Origin: Fistulifera solaris
Taxonomy: Eukaryota
Length of the DNA stretch: 64,000 nt
Direction of reading: 5' to 3'
Assembly: GCA_030295235.1 (NCBI GenBank)
Contig: AP026162.1
Span: 2,542,001 to 2,606,000 of the forward strand
Every line of letters starts with the position of its first letter. Position 1 is the stretch's first letter. Below the pieces are notes generated by a model. It was not told the origin of the DNA and ran no database searches. It saw only the letters and a program-made list of their open reading frames with translations. Positions 12,486 through 26,757 of this stretch are shown piece after piece. The position numbers and the translations under genes were made by a program.

Positions 12486-13216
12486 TTTTCAATTATTATA
12501 TGGTGTAGGATCAAGTTGAGCAAATATGAACAAAGCGGGATGTGCTTTTGTTTGCTTAGAATTGCTTTCGAAGTGTGTCATCGTTGATGGTGTTATAAAG
12601 AGTTGCGTTGGTTCGTGCTTTGTGCTTTGTGCTTTTTGCAATGAAAGGCGCAACGGTTTTGAGAAAGACATTGCTCATTTGATGACGTCATCAGAGAACA
12701 ATTAACGGCTTCATATATCAACAAAAACAGAAAATATTTTTAGATGGCAAATTGTGTAGTCTATGAGTTTATTTTGTTAAGGATGAAAATAGAATTTGAT
12801 GTAAAAAAACAAGTAACTATATAGCCCATTGAGTACCTATAAGAGTACATACGGTACATAACAAGAGACATTCGCCGTCAGAATTTCCTTAAGAAAGAAA
12901 TACTCGGTAATAAAAAACGAAACGACCGTGTCGTTGCATTTCATAGTGACAATTGAAAAACAATCGAGAACGACAGGGTGTTTGTGAAAAGGAAACAACA
13001 TTATATACTTTGTTCGTTGCAATAAAAGGAAAACTTACGGGTTAACTGCTTCTGGAAGGCCTGAGGGTCTAGAATAGGTGTAACAGCCATCTATCAAAGT
13101 CGTAACTGCATTCTTCGGGACGTTATAAAGACGTGAACCTGTAACGGACGTGCGCGGCCTTTCTAAGTCGGCTTTCAGCCATTGATATCATTGTTTCGAT
13201 CAAAACGCATTAAACA

Positions 13217-13732
13217 ATGAATTTGGTGGAAAGATCAGGAGTTGAAGAAAAAAAGGAGGATGCGTCAGAGCATCCCCTTTTGCAAAACAATCAGCAATCA
13301 AAATCGGAAGAAAAGGACGAAGAAGAGCAGAATAGTGGTTTGCAGGCACAGATGGAAAGCTACGCGCAATGCATATTTGGCTCTTGCGGAGGAGTTGCGT
13401 CTATTTTTACAGGACGGCGGAGAAACAGTGGTGATATTCATGAGATCAATGATGGCCCTCCACCCCCTCCTCCACTGAGTATCGCCGATGAATTGCGGAG
13501 GCTTGCCACGCAAAACGGCCAGATATGGGGTGGACCACGGGCACAAGACATACCTCGCTTCTTGGGTGAAGAGGCAGTACATTCCTTCGATGATGACAAC
13601 ATCTCACAAATCTCGCAACATACTTTAGAAGAATTGATGGGAAACGGCGACCCTGCCGCCCATCGCCGGATGCTCCAACAGCAGCACCAGCAACTGATGC
13701 AGCATCAGCAGCAAGAGCAAAAGTTACCATGA
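13217..13732 (+). CDS. Hypothetical protein
   Basis: 171-aa ATG-initiated ORF with coding-like composition (SFDDDNISQISQHTLEE). Confidence 0.65.
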   Translation: MNLVERSGVEEKKEDASEHPLLQNNQQSKSEEKDEEEQNSGLQAQMESYAQCIFGSCGGVASIFTGRRRNSGDIHEINDGPPPPPPLSIADELRRLATQNGQIWGGPRAQDIPRFLGEEAVHSFDDDNISQISQHTLEELMGNGDPAAHRRMLQQQHQQLMQHQQQEQKLP

Positions 13733-14062
13733 AGGTACACTTTCTCTGGCGCGCAGCTATTGAAGCTGAGCACTTTTAGCATGATAACAATGCCACCTTG
13801 ATAATATTATATTAGTATCCAATTGTAAAACGCCTTTTCCTTCAACAAGTCGTCAGCATGTCTAAATTTTGCATTTTTATGATCATTAAGACAATATAAA
13901 CTAAAAAACAGTGAACGTTGTTGAAAATAGAAAATCATAAAGTAGATGCAAGATAGTTTGTAAGTAATATGCAATTAGGAAGAAGCCGTTGACTTATATC
14001 CGCATTATTAACCATACTCGTTCTGAAGCGACTATACCTCGTCCTCCAAATGGTTTGAGAAG

Positions 14063-14881
14063 CTATGCAGTATATTCACAGATCATTGGATCAGAAGAGT
14101 GATCACGGGCGGACTCGTATCGCAAGGGGTGTTGCCGATCCGCAATGGCTCGGTTGAATGAGCGCCGACCCCAAGAACTCTCACGGAATCGCGGAGATTT
14201 GTCTTGAAAAAACTTACGATCTTCGAGAATACTCAAATAAACCTTTTCAATGATGAATTTACCCTCTTTGTATTTTTGGCTTCGTTCATAGGCTTTCTTG
14301 TAGGTCCATCCTACTAGAGTATCGCATCGCTTGCAAAAGAGGTCACAGACGCTGTGCAAGCCAGTCAGTAAGTGACGATCTTCTGCCGGCCCAATGTTCA
14401 CATTGACACAGTTCTCTAACAAAAACGCTCTTCCGTGGCGACCGTGGAAGCTCTTGGAGATAATATCGTCATGTGACGACAAGTGCGTACCGCATTCGCT
14501 GCAGGCATAGATGGAGGGGCCCTCCAAATACACCATCATGTCGTTCTCGTGGCGCGCTTGACGCGACATGGCACGAGCAACAATCGGGCTCACCACCCGA
14601 AGCGTCGTTTCCTGAATATCTGATGATCGTTTCCAGGGAACGGTGGAGGCATCTTCTCGTGTACTTGCTGACGTTAAGGAGCGAACGCTATCAGGGGATC
14701 CGATACTGAGATCAACCCCAACAGATCCACTGTCGTGATGAAAGATAGACTCGTTCGTGTGCTGACGACGTTTATTAATCGATGACGTAGAAGAACCAAG
14801 AGAGGAGATAGATCGATCAGCAAATGAGATGGCCCTTGTTCTTTGAGGAGAAGGGTGCATAGCCGTAACTGGGTCGCTCAT
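14063..14881 (-). CDS. Yippee-like zinc-binding protein
   Basis: YACSECGTHL, IISKSFHGRHGRAFL, TGLHSVCDLFCKRC, GWTYKKAYERSQKYKEGKFIIE. Confidence 0.95.
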   Translation of the reverse strand: MSDPVTAMHPSPQRTRAISFADRSISSLGSSTSSINKRRQHTNESIFHHDSGSVGVDLSIGSPDSVRSLTSASTREDASTVPWKRSSDIQETTLRVVSPIVARAMSRQARHENDMMVYLEGPSIYACSECGTHLSSHDDIISKSFHGRHGRAFLLENCVNVNIGPAEDRHLLTGLHSVCDLFCKRCDTLVGWTYKKAYERSQKYKEGKFIIEKVYLSILEDRKFFQDKSPRFRESSWGRRSFNRAIADRQHPLRYESARDHSSDPMICEYTA

Positions 14882-15952
14882 GGAAGCTCCACGGGAAATG
14901 TATGAAGGAACTGAAGAATAAGCCGAGTCTGGGAATGAGAATTCAGTTGAAAGAACTTTGAGATGATTTCATTCGATCAGAATCAAGATCAATCCATTGC
15001 GGTATACTCACCGGGTGAGAAGGCCATCCTGTTTGTTCGTAAGAATCGACCTGAAAAAGTCGCTTCGATAGCAAGCAGTAAAAGTGACAGGTCGATCTAG
15101 AATGACACGATGCTTTGACGTGTCACTCACTATATTGGTTGGTTGGAAAGCGTGAAAAGAGATTCGTTAGAAGAGTAATTCTCGCGGAAGAATCATGAGA
15201 ATGAGAACCTCATTCATTTACTGCAAGAAGCGCAACAAGCGGTAGGACCGCAAACATGGGGAAATTACCAAGAAAACTGACCTGAATATGCAACAGAAGT
15301 CGTTCGCTGAAAGGATTGAACGTGGCAGTATTATATGCATAGATTGTGCGTGAAAGTATAATTCCGAGTTCTTGGGGGTGAGCTCGATTTTAGAACATCA
15401 ATCCTGGGTTGAGGAACGAGATTTTTTGGTGACAGTCGTGATGTTCTCTCCAAGCATGGAGTGTCGCATGTCAATTGAGTCGCTTCGGTATCGATGTATC
15501 AGCCAAGTAGTACAGCCAACTCTATGTCGTTATTTTGCGGGTAACCTTGTCAATGAAAAACCTGTTACTCACTCCTGTTGAGGTTAATGCACATGGCCCT
15601 ACAATATTCTATCGTTTGGCGATCTAAATTATTCCGCAGACGTACATTGGAATGGAGTCTACAGGTACCGGTGCGAAGCTACTCCCAAGATTATCGCACC
15701 GGCGTGTGTTTTTGTCGTGTTGTCTTTTTGGCGTTGGAAAAAAAAATACGGAGTAGACTAATAAAAAGGAGGCGAAAAACGAAGGGGAATAATGCACTGA
15801 AGAATACCAATAGGGTAGTTTATGATCAGTATACAAGTACCTCTGCAAAACACAAAAGTCGCATACTCATTTCGTTGACAACAATCGATATTGTGATGTT
15901 GACCATTTGTCAAGCGAGAAGACTGAGTGAATTTTGATTGTTAATTGCTTCC

Positions 15953-18935
15953 ATGAATTCCAACAATTTGCGGACTCCCCCGAGGGCCAAACTAGAAACC
16001 GTAAGCGCGCATCCCCTATCCGACGAAACTACAATCCATTCTGTGCCTGAAATCAACACGGCCTCTTATATTCAAGCAGCTGCACGATCAATCCTGGATG
16101 GCAGCCCATCTGGAACGAATGTATCAGATGACGATAGTTGCTCGAATGGGCACCAAAATTCGTCCTCTCTTTCTCTCGAATCGCTTCAAAAGCAGGTTGC
16201 TCCCGCCATGCCAGACGAGCAAGATAGGAAACGATTTCTGGTAAGTTTAAATCCACTCAAATTTACGATTTTGAACTCCCGCTAACCGCTTTTGGATAGG
16301 GTTGCCTGGCAGCAGTTCTAGCGAAAATGTACAGTTACGACAACTTGGAAGACATGGAAGATGGACAAATCGATGCGGAAGCCATGGCTTATTATGAACG
16401 ATCCGAAAGCAACGGATGTGATGATTTTGATGATCTAGATCGCACTGTGGACTCTTCTATTGGTGGGAGTTTTGATTTTGGTTCCGAAGATTCTCAGCAG
16501 AATGGAGGTCAATCAAATGGCAACCCTCATCAAGCAGCGAAGAAGGCGTTGAGCAGGCATCGGAGGCGAAGGTACAATGTTCTCTCGGAATTGCTACTCT
16601 CGTCGGCTGACTTGTTGATGGTAGACAAGGGCTCGGCGAAAGCTTTTTTGCCAATGCTATCAAAACTTATGTTTCCCCAGACGCAGGAATGTTTCGTCGA
16701 AAGTGAGACGGTCATGGATTTTCGGAGTAATAGAAAGGATGATGTGACAAAGCGGAGGCACAAGAGCCAAGATGTGGTATCACAATGCATTGACAACGTG
16801 GATTTTTTAAGGCCTTTTCTCGAGTCGATGTCGCCTGGGTCTGGCTTTCGATGTCTAGCGCTATGTTTGTTACAGCATCTTCTTCGCAATGAGAAGGGTT
16901 ACGACGCTCGGATACGACACGCATTCAAAAAAGTCGGTGTTTTTGTTCTTATTCACGACTTGGAAAGAGACCCTATTGATGTTTACCTCCAAGAAAGATA
17001 TTCGCGAGGCAAGGAGGAGAGATCGCTGAAACTAATTGAACTTGCCACTAGAAAATTCGAATTTCTCGAGCATTGGATTGCTATGGAACTTTTAAAGCAC
17101 TCGAATGAAGCAAAGCTGCCATCCACAAACGGGTCTCGCGGTGGAGACAAGGGAAGCAACAACCAGTCCAAGGCTTACGAATACGAGCAAATGATGAGGA
17201 GGTTAAAAATTGGGGGAGCCGCTATTGTGGCCGGGACGCTATTTGCGGTTTCGGGGGGACTCGCAGCGCCAATTCTTGCAACAACTATCGGTACAATCGC
17301 TGGTGGAACAGCAGTGACAGCTGTCGCAGCTTCTATTTTAACCAGTACAGCCGCTGTTACGGCTATATTTGGAGTTGGGGGTGGCAGCCTAGCAGCCTAT
17401 AAAATGCAGCGAAGGACACAAGGACTGACTGAGTTTAGTTTTATGAAGGTTTCTGAAAACGAGCATAGTAATGATACGCATGGAGTTGAAGCTGAGTTAT
17501 TCAGCACAATTTGTCTTTCTGGGTGGCTACGAGATAAATTTGATTTTCAGCGGCCCTGGGGGTCAACCCCACAAATCCACCTTTGCGGGATAGATTAGAA
17601 CTCCTGCAACGCTTTTATCAAATATATCGACCGAACCATGTTTTGAAATGTGAGAAAATCCTTGAGCAATGGAAAGGAGAAGAGTTGGAACTATGGAAAC
17701 TCCTGGAACAAAAATACGGTCGTGATCCCGATAATCTATACCCCTTAGTCGACGGTCCCCGGGTAAAGGCAGACTTGACACTAGAACAACGAGAGATAGT
17801 CGAAAACCTTTTCTTCGAAATTATACATGGATCTGCCAACGATACAGTCAAGCAGAATCGTCCTGCCGACACCATTGCCTCGTCAACGGATACAAAAGAT
17901 GAAATCACTGGAAGCGTTTTGCCTTACGACCGAGCTTCCTACACGGATTGCACATCAGTGACAACCCGCACAAGCAGCTCATTAAATCATTCTTGGAGCG
18001 AAACCAATTTTAGTGGTCGCAATGATATCAAGCTTCGACCTGACGATAATCTCGATGCGGTGCCAGCGCATATTCGAAACATATGGGACTACAAAGCTAA
18101 TTATGGAGGAGAGTTGTACACGGTAAAATGGGAATCTAGTCTACTACAGGAACTTTGTGACTCTGTGACTGATTTAGCATTCGACGTCGTCAGTGGAGGT
18201 ACAGCACAGCTACTCAAACACACAGCTCTGTCGACCCTCCTATCTGCTTTCGCGTGGCCATGGGCCCTTGTCAATGCAGCCAATCTGATTGACGGAACGT
18301 GGACTCTAGCAGCCGAACGGTCGGATGAAGCTGGGAAAGAGCTAGCTCGCAGCTTACTATTCAGTGGTGCTGGGAATCGGCCAGTTATCCTTATAGGCTA
18401 CTCCTTTGGGGCGCGGGTCGTTTATGCGTGCCTCAAAGAACTTGCACGCTATCAGGAGGCATGGGAGGATTACCAAGAACAGCTTGCGCAAAGAAAACAG
18501 GGCCGCTTTCGAAACCCAAGCCAAAAGACAGACGAAATGTTCTCAAAGATGCGAGAACCTGCAAGCATTGTCGAAGATGCTATTCTGATGGGTCTTCCGA
18601 ATCATTTGAGCTTAAGCTCGTGGAAGGCTTGCCGACAAGTTGTCGCGGGTCGGCTTGTAAATTGTTTTTCCCAAAAGGACTTAATTTTATCGCTGATGTT
18701 CCAATTGAAACGCTTTGGTGGTCTCAAACCAGTTTGCGGGGTCTGTGCTGTCAAAGTTGCTGGAGTCGAGAACGTAGATGTGACTGATCTTGTACTTGGT
18801 CATCAAGATTACACAACATGCATTGGTGACATTCTTGTGAAAGTCCGCCATGGTCAGCCGTTTTCAAGTAAATTTTACGTCAAAAAAACAATTTCAAGGA
18901 AGTCGGCCACCAATGTATCTAAACTAGACATCTAA
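15953..18935 (+). CDS. DUF726/TMCO4-like alpha/beta-hydrolase-fold membrane protein
   Basis: GYDARIR, Gly/Ala TM stretch (SGGLAAP), RPVILIGYSFGARV, VVAGRLVNCFS; intron 16241-16299; frameshift near 17560. Confidence 0.88.
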
Positions 18936-18971
18936 CTTGAGAAATTGTGGTTTTATGCAATCTGGGTTTGT

Positions 18972-21900
18972 TTAGCAACCAATCTCCTTAACCAACAAAT
19001 TGCAAAGAAGCATGATTGAGTTGATGTTGGCTCTCAGAGATGGATCAACGTTAGAACTTGTGCTCATACTCAAAAGGCGCATAATGAGAACGTTTGTTCC
19101 GGAGATGTGAATTCTGGAAGGCGGCAGTCCATTAACAAGCCAGCGACCTTCATTCGCACGCGTTTCGATCCATTCACAAAGATCAGCGTCTAATACTCCC
19201 ATTACATTTCGTCGATCAGTTGCACTCATTCGTTTACCACTGAGATATTCGTTAAGCCGACGGCATGCGATATCAACGCCGTGTTCGACAAAGAGACGAC
19301 TATCAATTTGAGACACATTTCTGGTCAGAAGATCATCAACGCAGTTATCCTTTTCCAGTTCATACATGGCAAGTAAGAACTGACTTCGAACTGATTTTGG
19401 GTCAATAAGCCAAACGTGAGCGAGGGTTTCGATTTCTTGCAAATTGAATTGTTCCACAACCACATTAGGAAAAACGTTTGCCCTAGTGACAATGGCGTCT
19501 TCGACGAAGGCTGCTCTCAAATGCGAAACATCGGGGTCGGAAGCGAAAGGCTTGGAGAGTGAAGTCGGGAGGAAACAATCGTAGATTGAGGGCACGCACT
19601 TCACCAAAGCGGTAACATTGCTTGACACCAGTAAGGCGCAAATTACAACGCAGTGCGTGTCTAGTGCGGACTTGTCTACTGCGAAAAGACGACGTACTAC
19701 ACGAGAAAGCGATACGTCTGGTCGCACCTGAGGCCAAGTCGCTGTCTTGTTTTCAGTTGGAGTGGCGAAGGTTAGAGCAGAAGCAATGTCGAAGTCGATG
19801 CTTCGTAAAACCCGGAGAAATTTGAGAGCTATTCTGCCAAATGGTACAAACCAGTCCTTGTTCTGCAAAGGGACGACAAATTGTCTTCACCAATCTCTTG
19901 ATTGTCTTCCCAGCCAAAAAGCTGCGCTCGGAACACCACAGCACACCTTTGCCATATTTCCAGGGATAGAGCAGCGACCAGGAGGTTGTAATCGTCTCCT
20001 GTGATAGATTTTAGTGCCATGTAGCTGTTATGCAAATGATTCAGATTAGTGGGTTCTTTGACCCATTCCAGTGAAAGCAATATAGAACGGTGCGCGGCCA
20101 GTAGTGCAGGGTTGTTGTGTGATTTCAAAAAAGAAGAAGCGCCCCAAATCTATCCTCGTCGTCGAAGTCGAGAAAGTACTCCACTCTCTCATTGTCGGTA
20201 ATTTTGCTAGCAAGACAAGAGTTTTGCAGCGCTCTTAGTCTTGCTGGATTATCGCTCTCTGGCTGCGAAGGATCGAAAGAATGGGAGCTAATCGCACAAG
20301 CTTGTTCGAGCAAAGAAATCTCTTCCTGGTCATGACTCATGACCAGCTCATCGCGCGCGATCCATTCATAAACTGAGAAGACCTCACCCTCGTCAACCAG
20401 TTCGATACTGAGAGGAGCGCAGAAGCTTCCTCCCAGTCGTAGAGAAACTAGCAAGCATACACGAAGTTGACGAAGAATTTTGTCCCAATCTTCGATAACC
20501 TTTCGACTCAACACCTTACCGTATGATGTTTTCTCAATGTTTGATGATGCTTTTGCCGCAGCCTCACGACAAATAGCAGCAAGAAGAAAAGACCGTACGA
20601 GGTCACTTGAACTTCTGCAACAGGCTTGGAGTGGAGCGAGCACAGTCGTTGGACTCGCGTCGTCCCAGCTTTCAAGTGTTCGTGTTGCTAAATCGCGTAA
20701 GAAGCGAGTCATGGGTGGATTGGGCGAAAGCATTCCCTGCATTATTTCCTTTTTCGATAAAGTCATGAACCACTCCCCAAAGCATCGAAGCACATAGTCA
20801 GTATCGTACCTTGTCCCAAATATCCCGAAAACAGTGTAAACTACGTTCAACGAAAAAATATCACCAAGCAAAGGCCGTAAAATATGGACCAGAATTTCAC
20901 GGCGAATTCGCGAGCTTTCACTAAAACGGATGACCATATCTTTTGGCGTAGGTGGGTCCATGGATGTTTCGAGATAACATGACGCGAAAAGGCTCGAAAT
21001 ACGGAGCGTCCCTGTAGAGAACTTTTCCGGTATGGAATCGATTGAAACCTTTGAGCAGTTTTCATAAGTTTCAAGCCATCCTATCGCCTCGGCACCCCAC
21101 CAGAAATCTGGTGTTCCTGTTAAAACTGTTTCACTTTTAGCCGCTGCTCCTTCGTACTTGTGCAGGATGTCAAACACTTTTGATATCTGATGACGAATAG
21201 GTTTTCTTAGAAACGGCTGGAAGCCAACTGCACTGGCGGGAAAATTCTTACCTGTGTATGGTAGTGAAGCTTCTCCGAGAGAGCCTTTATGTGTGGGTTC
21301 GAACTAACATCTGTATCGCCAGTTTTCAGTCCCTCTTCTAGTCTCATTTTGCAATACTCTATAGACGTTTTGTGGAATTCGAAACTTCCTCCAAGTTTCT
21401 CCTCAATCAATTTTGAAGTTGCTATCAAGTCGAGCGCTGTCGCGAGATCGCCTAACTGAACCTTAGTCAATGCCCTGTAGACGTCTTCTGCGGAGAAATT
21501 TACATTCGTGGCTGACAGTAGCTGTTGCAGTTGTTGTAGGTGTAGTGTAGCATGTCGTGCCGACCCAGTCGAGGCGCTCCCCCTCCGTTCGGTTCGGCAC
21601 TACCTGCAAAGTCTTATTTTGTTGTACATCTTCAACAGCCTCAATGATGTTCTCGGAAAGGCTCACTGCGGAAGAATGGAGAAGAAACGATGTTGATTGA
21701 AGCGAAGCTTGTGACCACAGAGTACATGGGACGATTCTGGCATCACGACCCACTTGAACAGCTGTCACACGAGAGAAATTCACCAAAGACCACACTTCAA
21801 CAACATGGCGATGGCTCGAATGAATCATGAGTCGCAAATCTAATCTGCTCTGATCCAGAACGGCTTGCACCCAACAGCATCGACCGCTGCGATACCCCTT

Positions 21901-23391
21901 CCATAGTCGTACCAGCTGCTTTGTTGCGAGATCGAATACAAGGACACGACCAAAGTTATCACATGCGGCAGCGTATCGGCCTCCAGGATCAACGACAAAG
22001 GATTCTATACGTCGAGGGGCATCATGGAACTCGTTGGATGCATATAGCTTTGCAGGAGGCGACCATAGAGACGGGAAAGGGGTATTGGCAGTATCGAACT
22101 CGAGGGCTTCCTCCTCACTGCTTTTAGCAAACATATTTTCTTCCACCCCACCAGAAGAAAACCCCCATTTGAGAGCACCAATCATACCGCTGACAAGGGC
22201 TTTCGTCCCTCCTACCATTGTCCCGAGGACTTTTCGATCTGACGACGAGCTATGCGCTTTCGATACATGCTCTTCAGGCCTGACAAACTGAACCTCAGAT
22301 GAATAGAAAACTGCAGCAGGGAAGTTGTCCGAAGTAACTTGAGAACCGTAAACAAGGGCTTCAAGTGGCTTTTCGGGTGAAACTTTGAAAGCTCTTTCTT
22401 GCACCATGTTTTCTACTGAATCGAGAATATCCAGCGGAGAAAGCAGTGAAGGGTAGAATCTTGGTAACGGAATCACAGTCAGTTCCGATTCATTCGGCGG
22501 TAGCTGGACATGGTATCTTAGCAGTGCAGATTTTCCCAAGGCCCCATCAATTGATAATCCTCGTTCAGAGCTTCGTTTCCAAACGGAAGGGAAGAGCCCT
22601 GCGTTATGCAGCCTGATGATCGTACCATCGCCATAAGCAACGTAAACATAGACGGCATGCGTCCCGACACTTGTAAGGCGGAACATAGTCAAACTGGTGA
22701 TTCCACCTTTTGGACAGAATGGAACCAGCAATTCTGAGGAAACGCGGGGAAGAGACGGAGGTTGTTCGTCTACGGGAAGCACTTCGAACAAATCATCTGG
22801 AAGATCCGTTTGTCGTTGTAATTTCCACGACTTGCGTTTTACCAGCAGTTCAACGGAGAAGAGACGGCTTTTATTTGTTCCTACGAACACAGCAATATGC
22901 AAATTGTCATTTCCGGAAAGGATACCCCGAAGAAGCACCTTCGTCGGTGACGACTTTTCATCCTTCTCCGCAACTGTGACGGTGTTTCCACCAGCTACCA
23001 AGGTATTATCCTCCAACGCCGCAATATTGAGGCAGTTGATGTATTCATCTTCAACTCGGTCATGCAAATGTTCGCCACCTTCGTCTGAATAATCCGGAAT
23101 AAAAGTATGAACGTGCAGAATAGGCTCCGTCCCTTTTGCATCCAGGGCCTTTCGACTCGTGGGTCTCAGTACTTGAGCAGCAATACAGTGCTTGGTAAAG
23201 GCAACTGCGAGTACAGGCTGGGTTGCCGGTTTGGCATCTCGTCGCGCCAATGCGAATAGTTGTATTTGCGGTGGTTCAGGATGCCCAAAATGTTCGAGAA
23301 AGATACTCCGCGAAACTAGTTCTGATTCAGTATTATCCACATGCGATAGCAAGCGACCACAATCGTATACGTAATCACGGTTTTTCGTCAT
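18972..23391 (-). CDS. RAB3GAP2: Rab3 GTPase-activating protein non-catalytic subunit-like
   Basis: DAPRRIESFVVDPGGRYAAACDNFGRVLVFDL...VRLWKGYR matches the RAB3GAP2 N-terminal signature; downstream same-strand ORFs linked by an intron (about 21178-21251) and frameshifts. Confidence 0.75.
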
Positions 23392-24044
23392 CTCGGATCT
23401 CGAACAAAGTCAGTTAACGATGATTGAGACAACGTTCTGTCAGCTCTCAGGGTGGTCGAATGAGTAGACACAGAGCCTTGTCCGCTGATGAATAGATGAA
23501 GCGTTGCAATCCGAGATACTATCAAGTTCCTCTACCGGTCTTCATACTTCACGAAGTTTTATGTGAATAATACTATTTTATAATAAATCACGTTTATTGA
23601 TTGATAATTACCAGGTATTTGACTTCGTTGTCTTCTCGTTCGCGTTGCAAAACTACATGTCGCAAAACAAATGAACGAGACCCGCTGAGACGAGAATGCG
23701 AATAGGAACACGGAATGTTATTTTCCTCAACGTTATCAGGGATACTTCCACGTGGAAGAAGATAAAGCGCTATAACCTCTGCCAAAAGCACATGAAAAAA
23801 CAAAAATTCCATCGGGATCCCGACTTGTGGCGTGTGGCTGGAATTCTATCTCTGCGTCGACGCAACATCAACAAACGTTGCGGCAAAACAGCGATGCTAT
23901 TACGCAGGAACGGAAAAGTAACCATCGTTGTTGCTTCAAATCAAAAGTCTTCACGCTTCAGTCCTATCCTTGGTTCGTAATTAAGTACAAGTCGCTCCTC
24001 CCTTGCCAAAAGGAAGAGCAACAGTAATAATTATATAAAATAGT

Positions 24045-25040
24045 ATGAGCGCCGAAGAAGCAACGATAAATCCGGACGGCAGTGCCACATTCGAGGAAAC
24101 TCCTCCGATGGGAGACGCTGGAGGTGAGGGTGAATCATTCTTTCAAGACACAGCACAAGAGGGGATATCGCCTGATGCCGACGGAATTGATCCTGCCTTT
24201 TACTTGCTCGGGGCAGCTTTTGCCGTGATTGTAATTTATTTCCTCTTCTTCCGCGCCAAGAAGGATGACAGTGAAGATGATTTTTTCGCGGAACTGGACG
24301 GTGATAAAGTAAGTTTGTTTATACTCCTGCTGAAATTAAATGGGATACCATTGCTTGAGATCCTTCTTTAGCTCCTTATGTCGTTTTTGCTTTCCATGCA
24401 CTCACCGATGTATCTTGCTATGCAGTTCAACTTGAAATTACCGTCCGAAGTGGATGAGTATTATGAAACGAAAGCGAAATGCGAGGCCGCAGGATGGGAA
24501 CCTGGACAGCCTATCAAGGATCCTAAGGATCAGCAGGCAACGCAGCCTCAACGGTTGTTGGCTCAGGCGCTCATGAAACGTGCTATTGCCGACATTCCGA
24601 TGGTCCAGCATATTCAAAAGGAATCCTCGGGAATGAACAAACTCTATTCACAGTCGATGTGCTCCGTCAAACAGTGGCGCTCTTACCAACAAGCAGAGAG
24701 TTTGGTTTCTCAGGAGGTTGAGGAAGTTCGAGCGGAAGCCGATGAGATTGAGCCGGGATGGTCGCAATCGATTTGGCGACAAGCGATGCAGTACCATCAG
24801 ATGCTCAAGCAGAGGCATGAATTGGAAGAAAAGCAACGAGAAGAAGCTATTCAAAAGCGTGCGGAAATTGAAAGAAAGGTTGCCGAAGCGAGAAAACTAC
24901 AGAACGAAGGTGACAAAGAAAAGGCCGCCGAGCAAGCGGCCGCAGAACTTCTCAGACAAGAGGAGGAGGACAAGAAGAAGGGCGGAGAAGGGAGCGGTAT
25001 GAAAAAGGCTTCCTGCAATCAAAAGGAAAGAAAAAAGTAG
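24045..25040 (+). CDS. SEC66: Sec66/Sec71-like subunit of the ER post-translational translocon
   Basis: Single N-terminal TM, then ALMKRAIADI...W..YQQAE...EVEEVRAEADEIEPGWSQSIW; intron 24309-24425. Confidence 0.7.
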
Positions 25041-25582
25041 ATTACATAAATAGCGAATGGTATTGTTGCTATGTATCTTTGCTCGTTGCCCCTATGTTTT
25101 CAAACTATTAAAGGTACTATGAAGTTCAACACTTGCGCCTATCTATCAAGCTTGCAACCCTCAGATGTTAGTCGATTTTGCTGACAAACTGATTTGAAAT
25201 AATTATGATGGGTGGGTGCTCTGACCTCTGACTGTTTTTTTCAACTTCTATTCTGCAACCAAACATTAACAGGCCTAGTTTTTTTCTTCGGATGTCAAGC
25301 CATGGGTAACCGTTGAATATGTCAAGAGCTCAATCAATGCTCATGACGTTTTCCGTGACGATAGAGTGCACGGGTGCATGTAGTTTCGGAGTGAACGGCT
25401 GAAGGTTGGTTTCACGTAGAGTCACTACAAGTTAGTAAAGTTGCATTGAGCGCTCTGCCTCGAGGCGCGCTAATAAAAACAACGCATTTTGTAGCTCTGA
25501 AGTTGTCTAAATATCTTACTGCGCACTAGTAGGGAAGAACGCTCCCACAAGCGAGCTCACAACGCAACGAATCCCTCTCTAT

Positions 25583-26757
25583 TTAGAAGAACAATGCACC
25601 GCTCTCTTTCTTTCCAAAGTCTTCATTCCGTGCCTCGGTATGTTCATCGAAGTTATCAGCCAGAAGGAATAAAGAATTGCGCGATAGATTTCGGACGAGG
25701 TCCCTAACTTCCGACTTGACAGTTTCCTTTTGAATTTCGCGATGCTTTTCTCCCGACATCAAGAGTTCCCAAGCATGGTGACATTCGTCGATGACGCCTT
25801 TAGCATATTCTTTGTTCATGAACTTTTCATCCAACCCAAATACGTTAGGCGGCTTTCCATCAGGGATTTTGTAAGTGCGGTACCATTCACGAATGGCATC
25901 GAGCTGACCGGGGAGCTCGCGTTCGACGTCCTCAATATCGTTGAGAAAAGGCGCCCACTTATCTTCGATGTCAATTACGACGACTTTCCAATCGCACTCG
26001 CCCTCGTCAATCATCAACAAAATACCCAATACTTTGACTGCACGGACGTCCTGTTACAAATGTACATTAATGAGTTCAACATACGCTCCAACGCTAGCTA
26101 TCTCGACACGAAAAGGCACTTACACCGGGCTGGATGATTCTTGCACCAATCTCACATACATCCAACGGATCATTGTCACCACGGCAACCATCGGCATCAG
26201 GATGAATGAATGTAGGATCTTCCCAGGTTTGAGGAAAGCATCCGTAGTTGAAGAAGATGTCTCCTTTTTGAACTGATGAGGGCAAGCAAAATGAGTGAAG
26301 GACGACAGATTGCACACGTAACAAGATCCCTCGAGCACCTACCTCGCGCAGCTGCCCTTTCTTGGTATCCTGTTTAATAGGATTTCCTTCTTCGTCAGTA
26401 GCAATCTCGAACTTTTTTCTGAAGAGAAGATTCGAGACCATGAGAACGAGATTCTCGTGCAAACGACGGCGTCGAGGGAGCATTTACGTACCGAGTGAAT
26501 TTGGGAATCTCGCAAACAAAGTTCAAATAAGGAGTCTCAGCTTTCGTCACAGGATCCATGTGATAAAGAGAGATATCATGCCACAAACTGATCTTCTTCT
26601 TCTTTTCAGGGCAGACTGCTTGAAGACGATAATCGAGCGTGTCGGCTTCCCCGTGATGACTTAACTCGAGCTCCGAACCCGGGCCACGAGAGTTGTTTCG
26701 CTTCAGCTTTCGCACTTCGCTGAGCGGAACAAGGAGTTCTTCGTCTGTAGATGACAT
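25583..26757 (-). CDS. Family I soluble inorganic pyrophosphatase
   Basis: [56 protein letters not shown]; several short introns. Confidence 0.95.
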
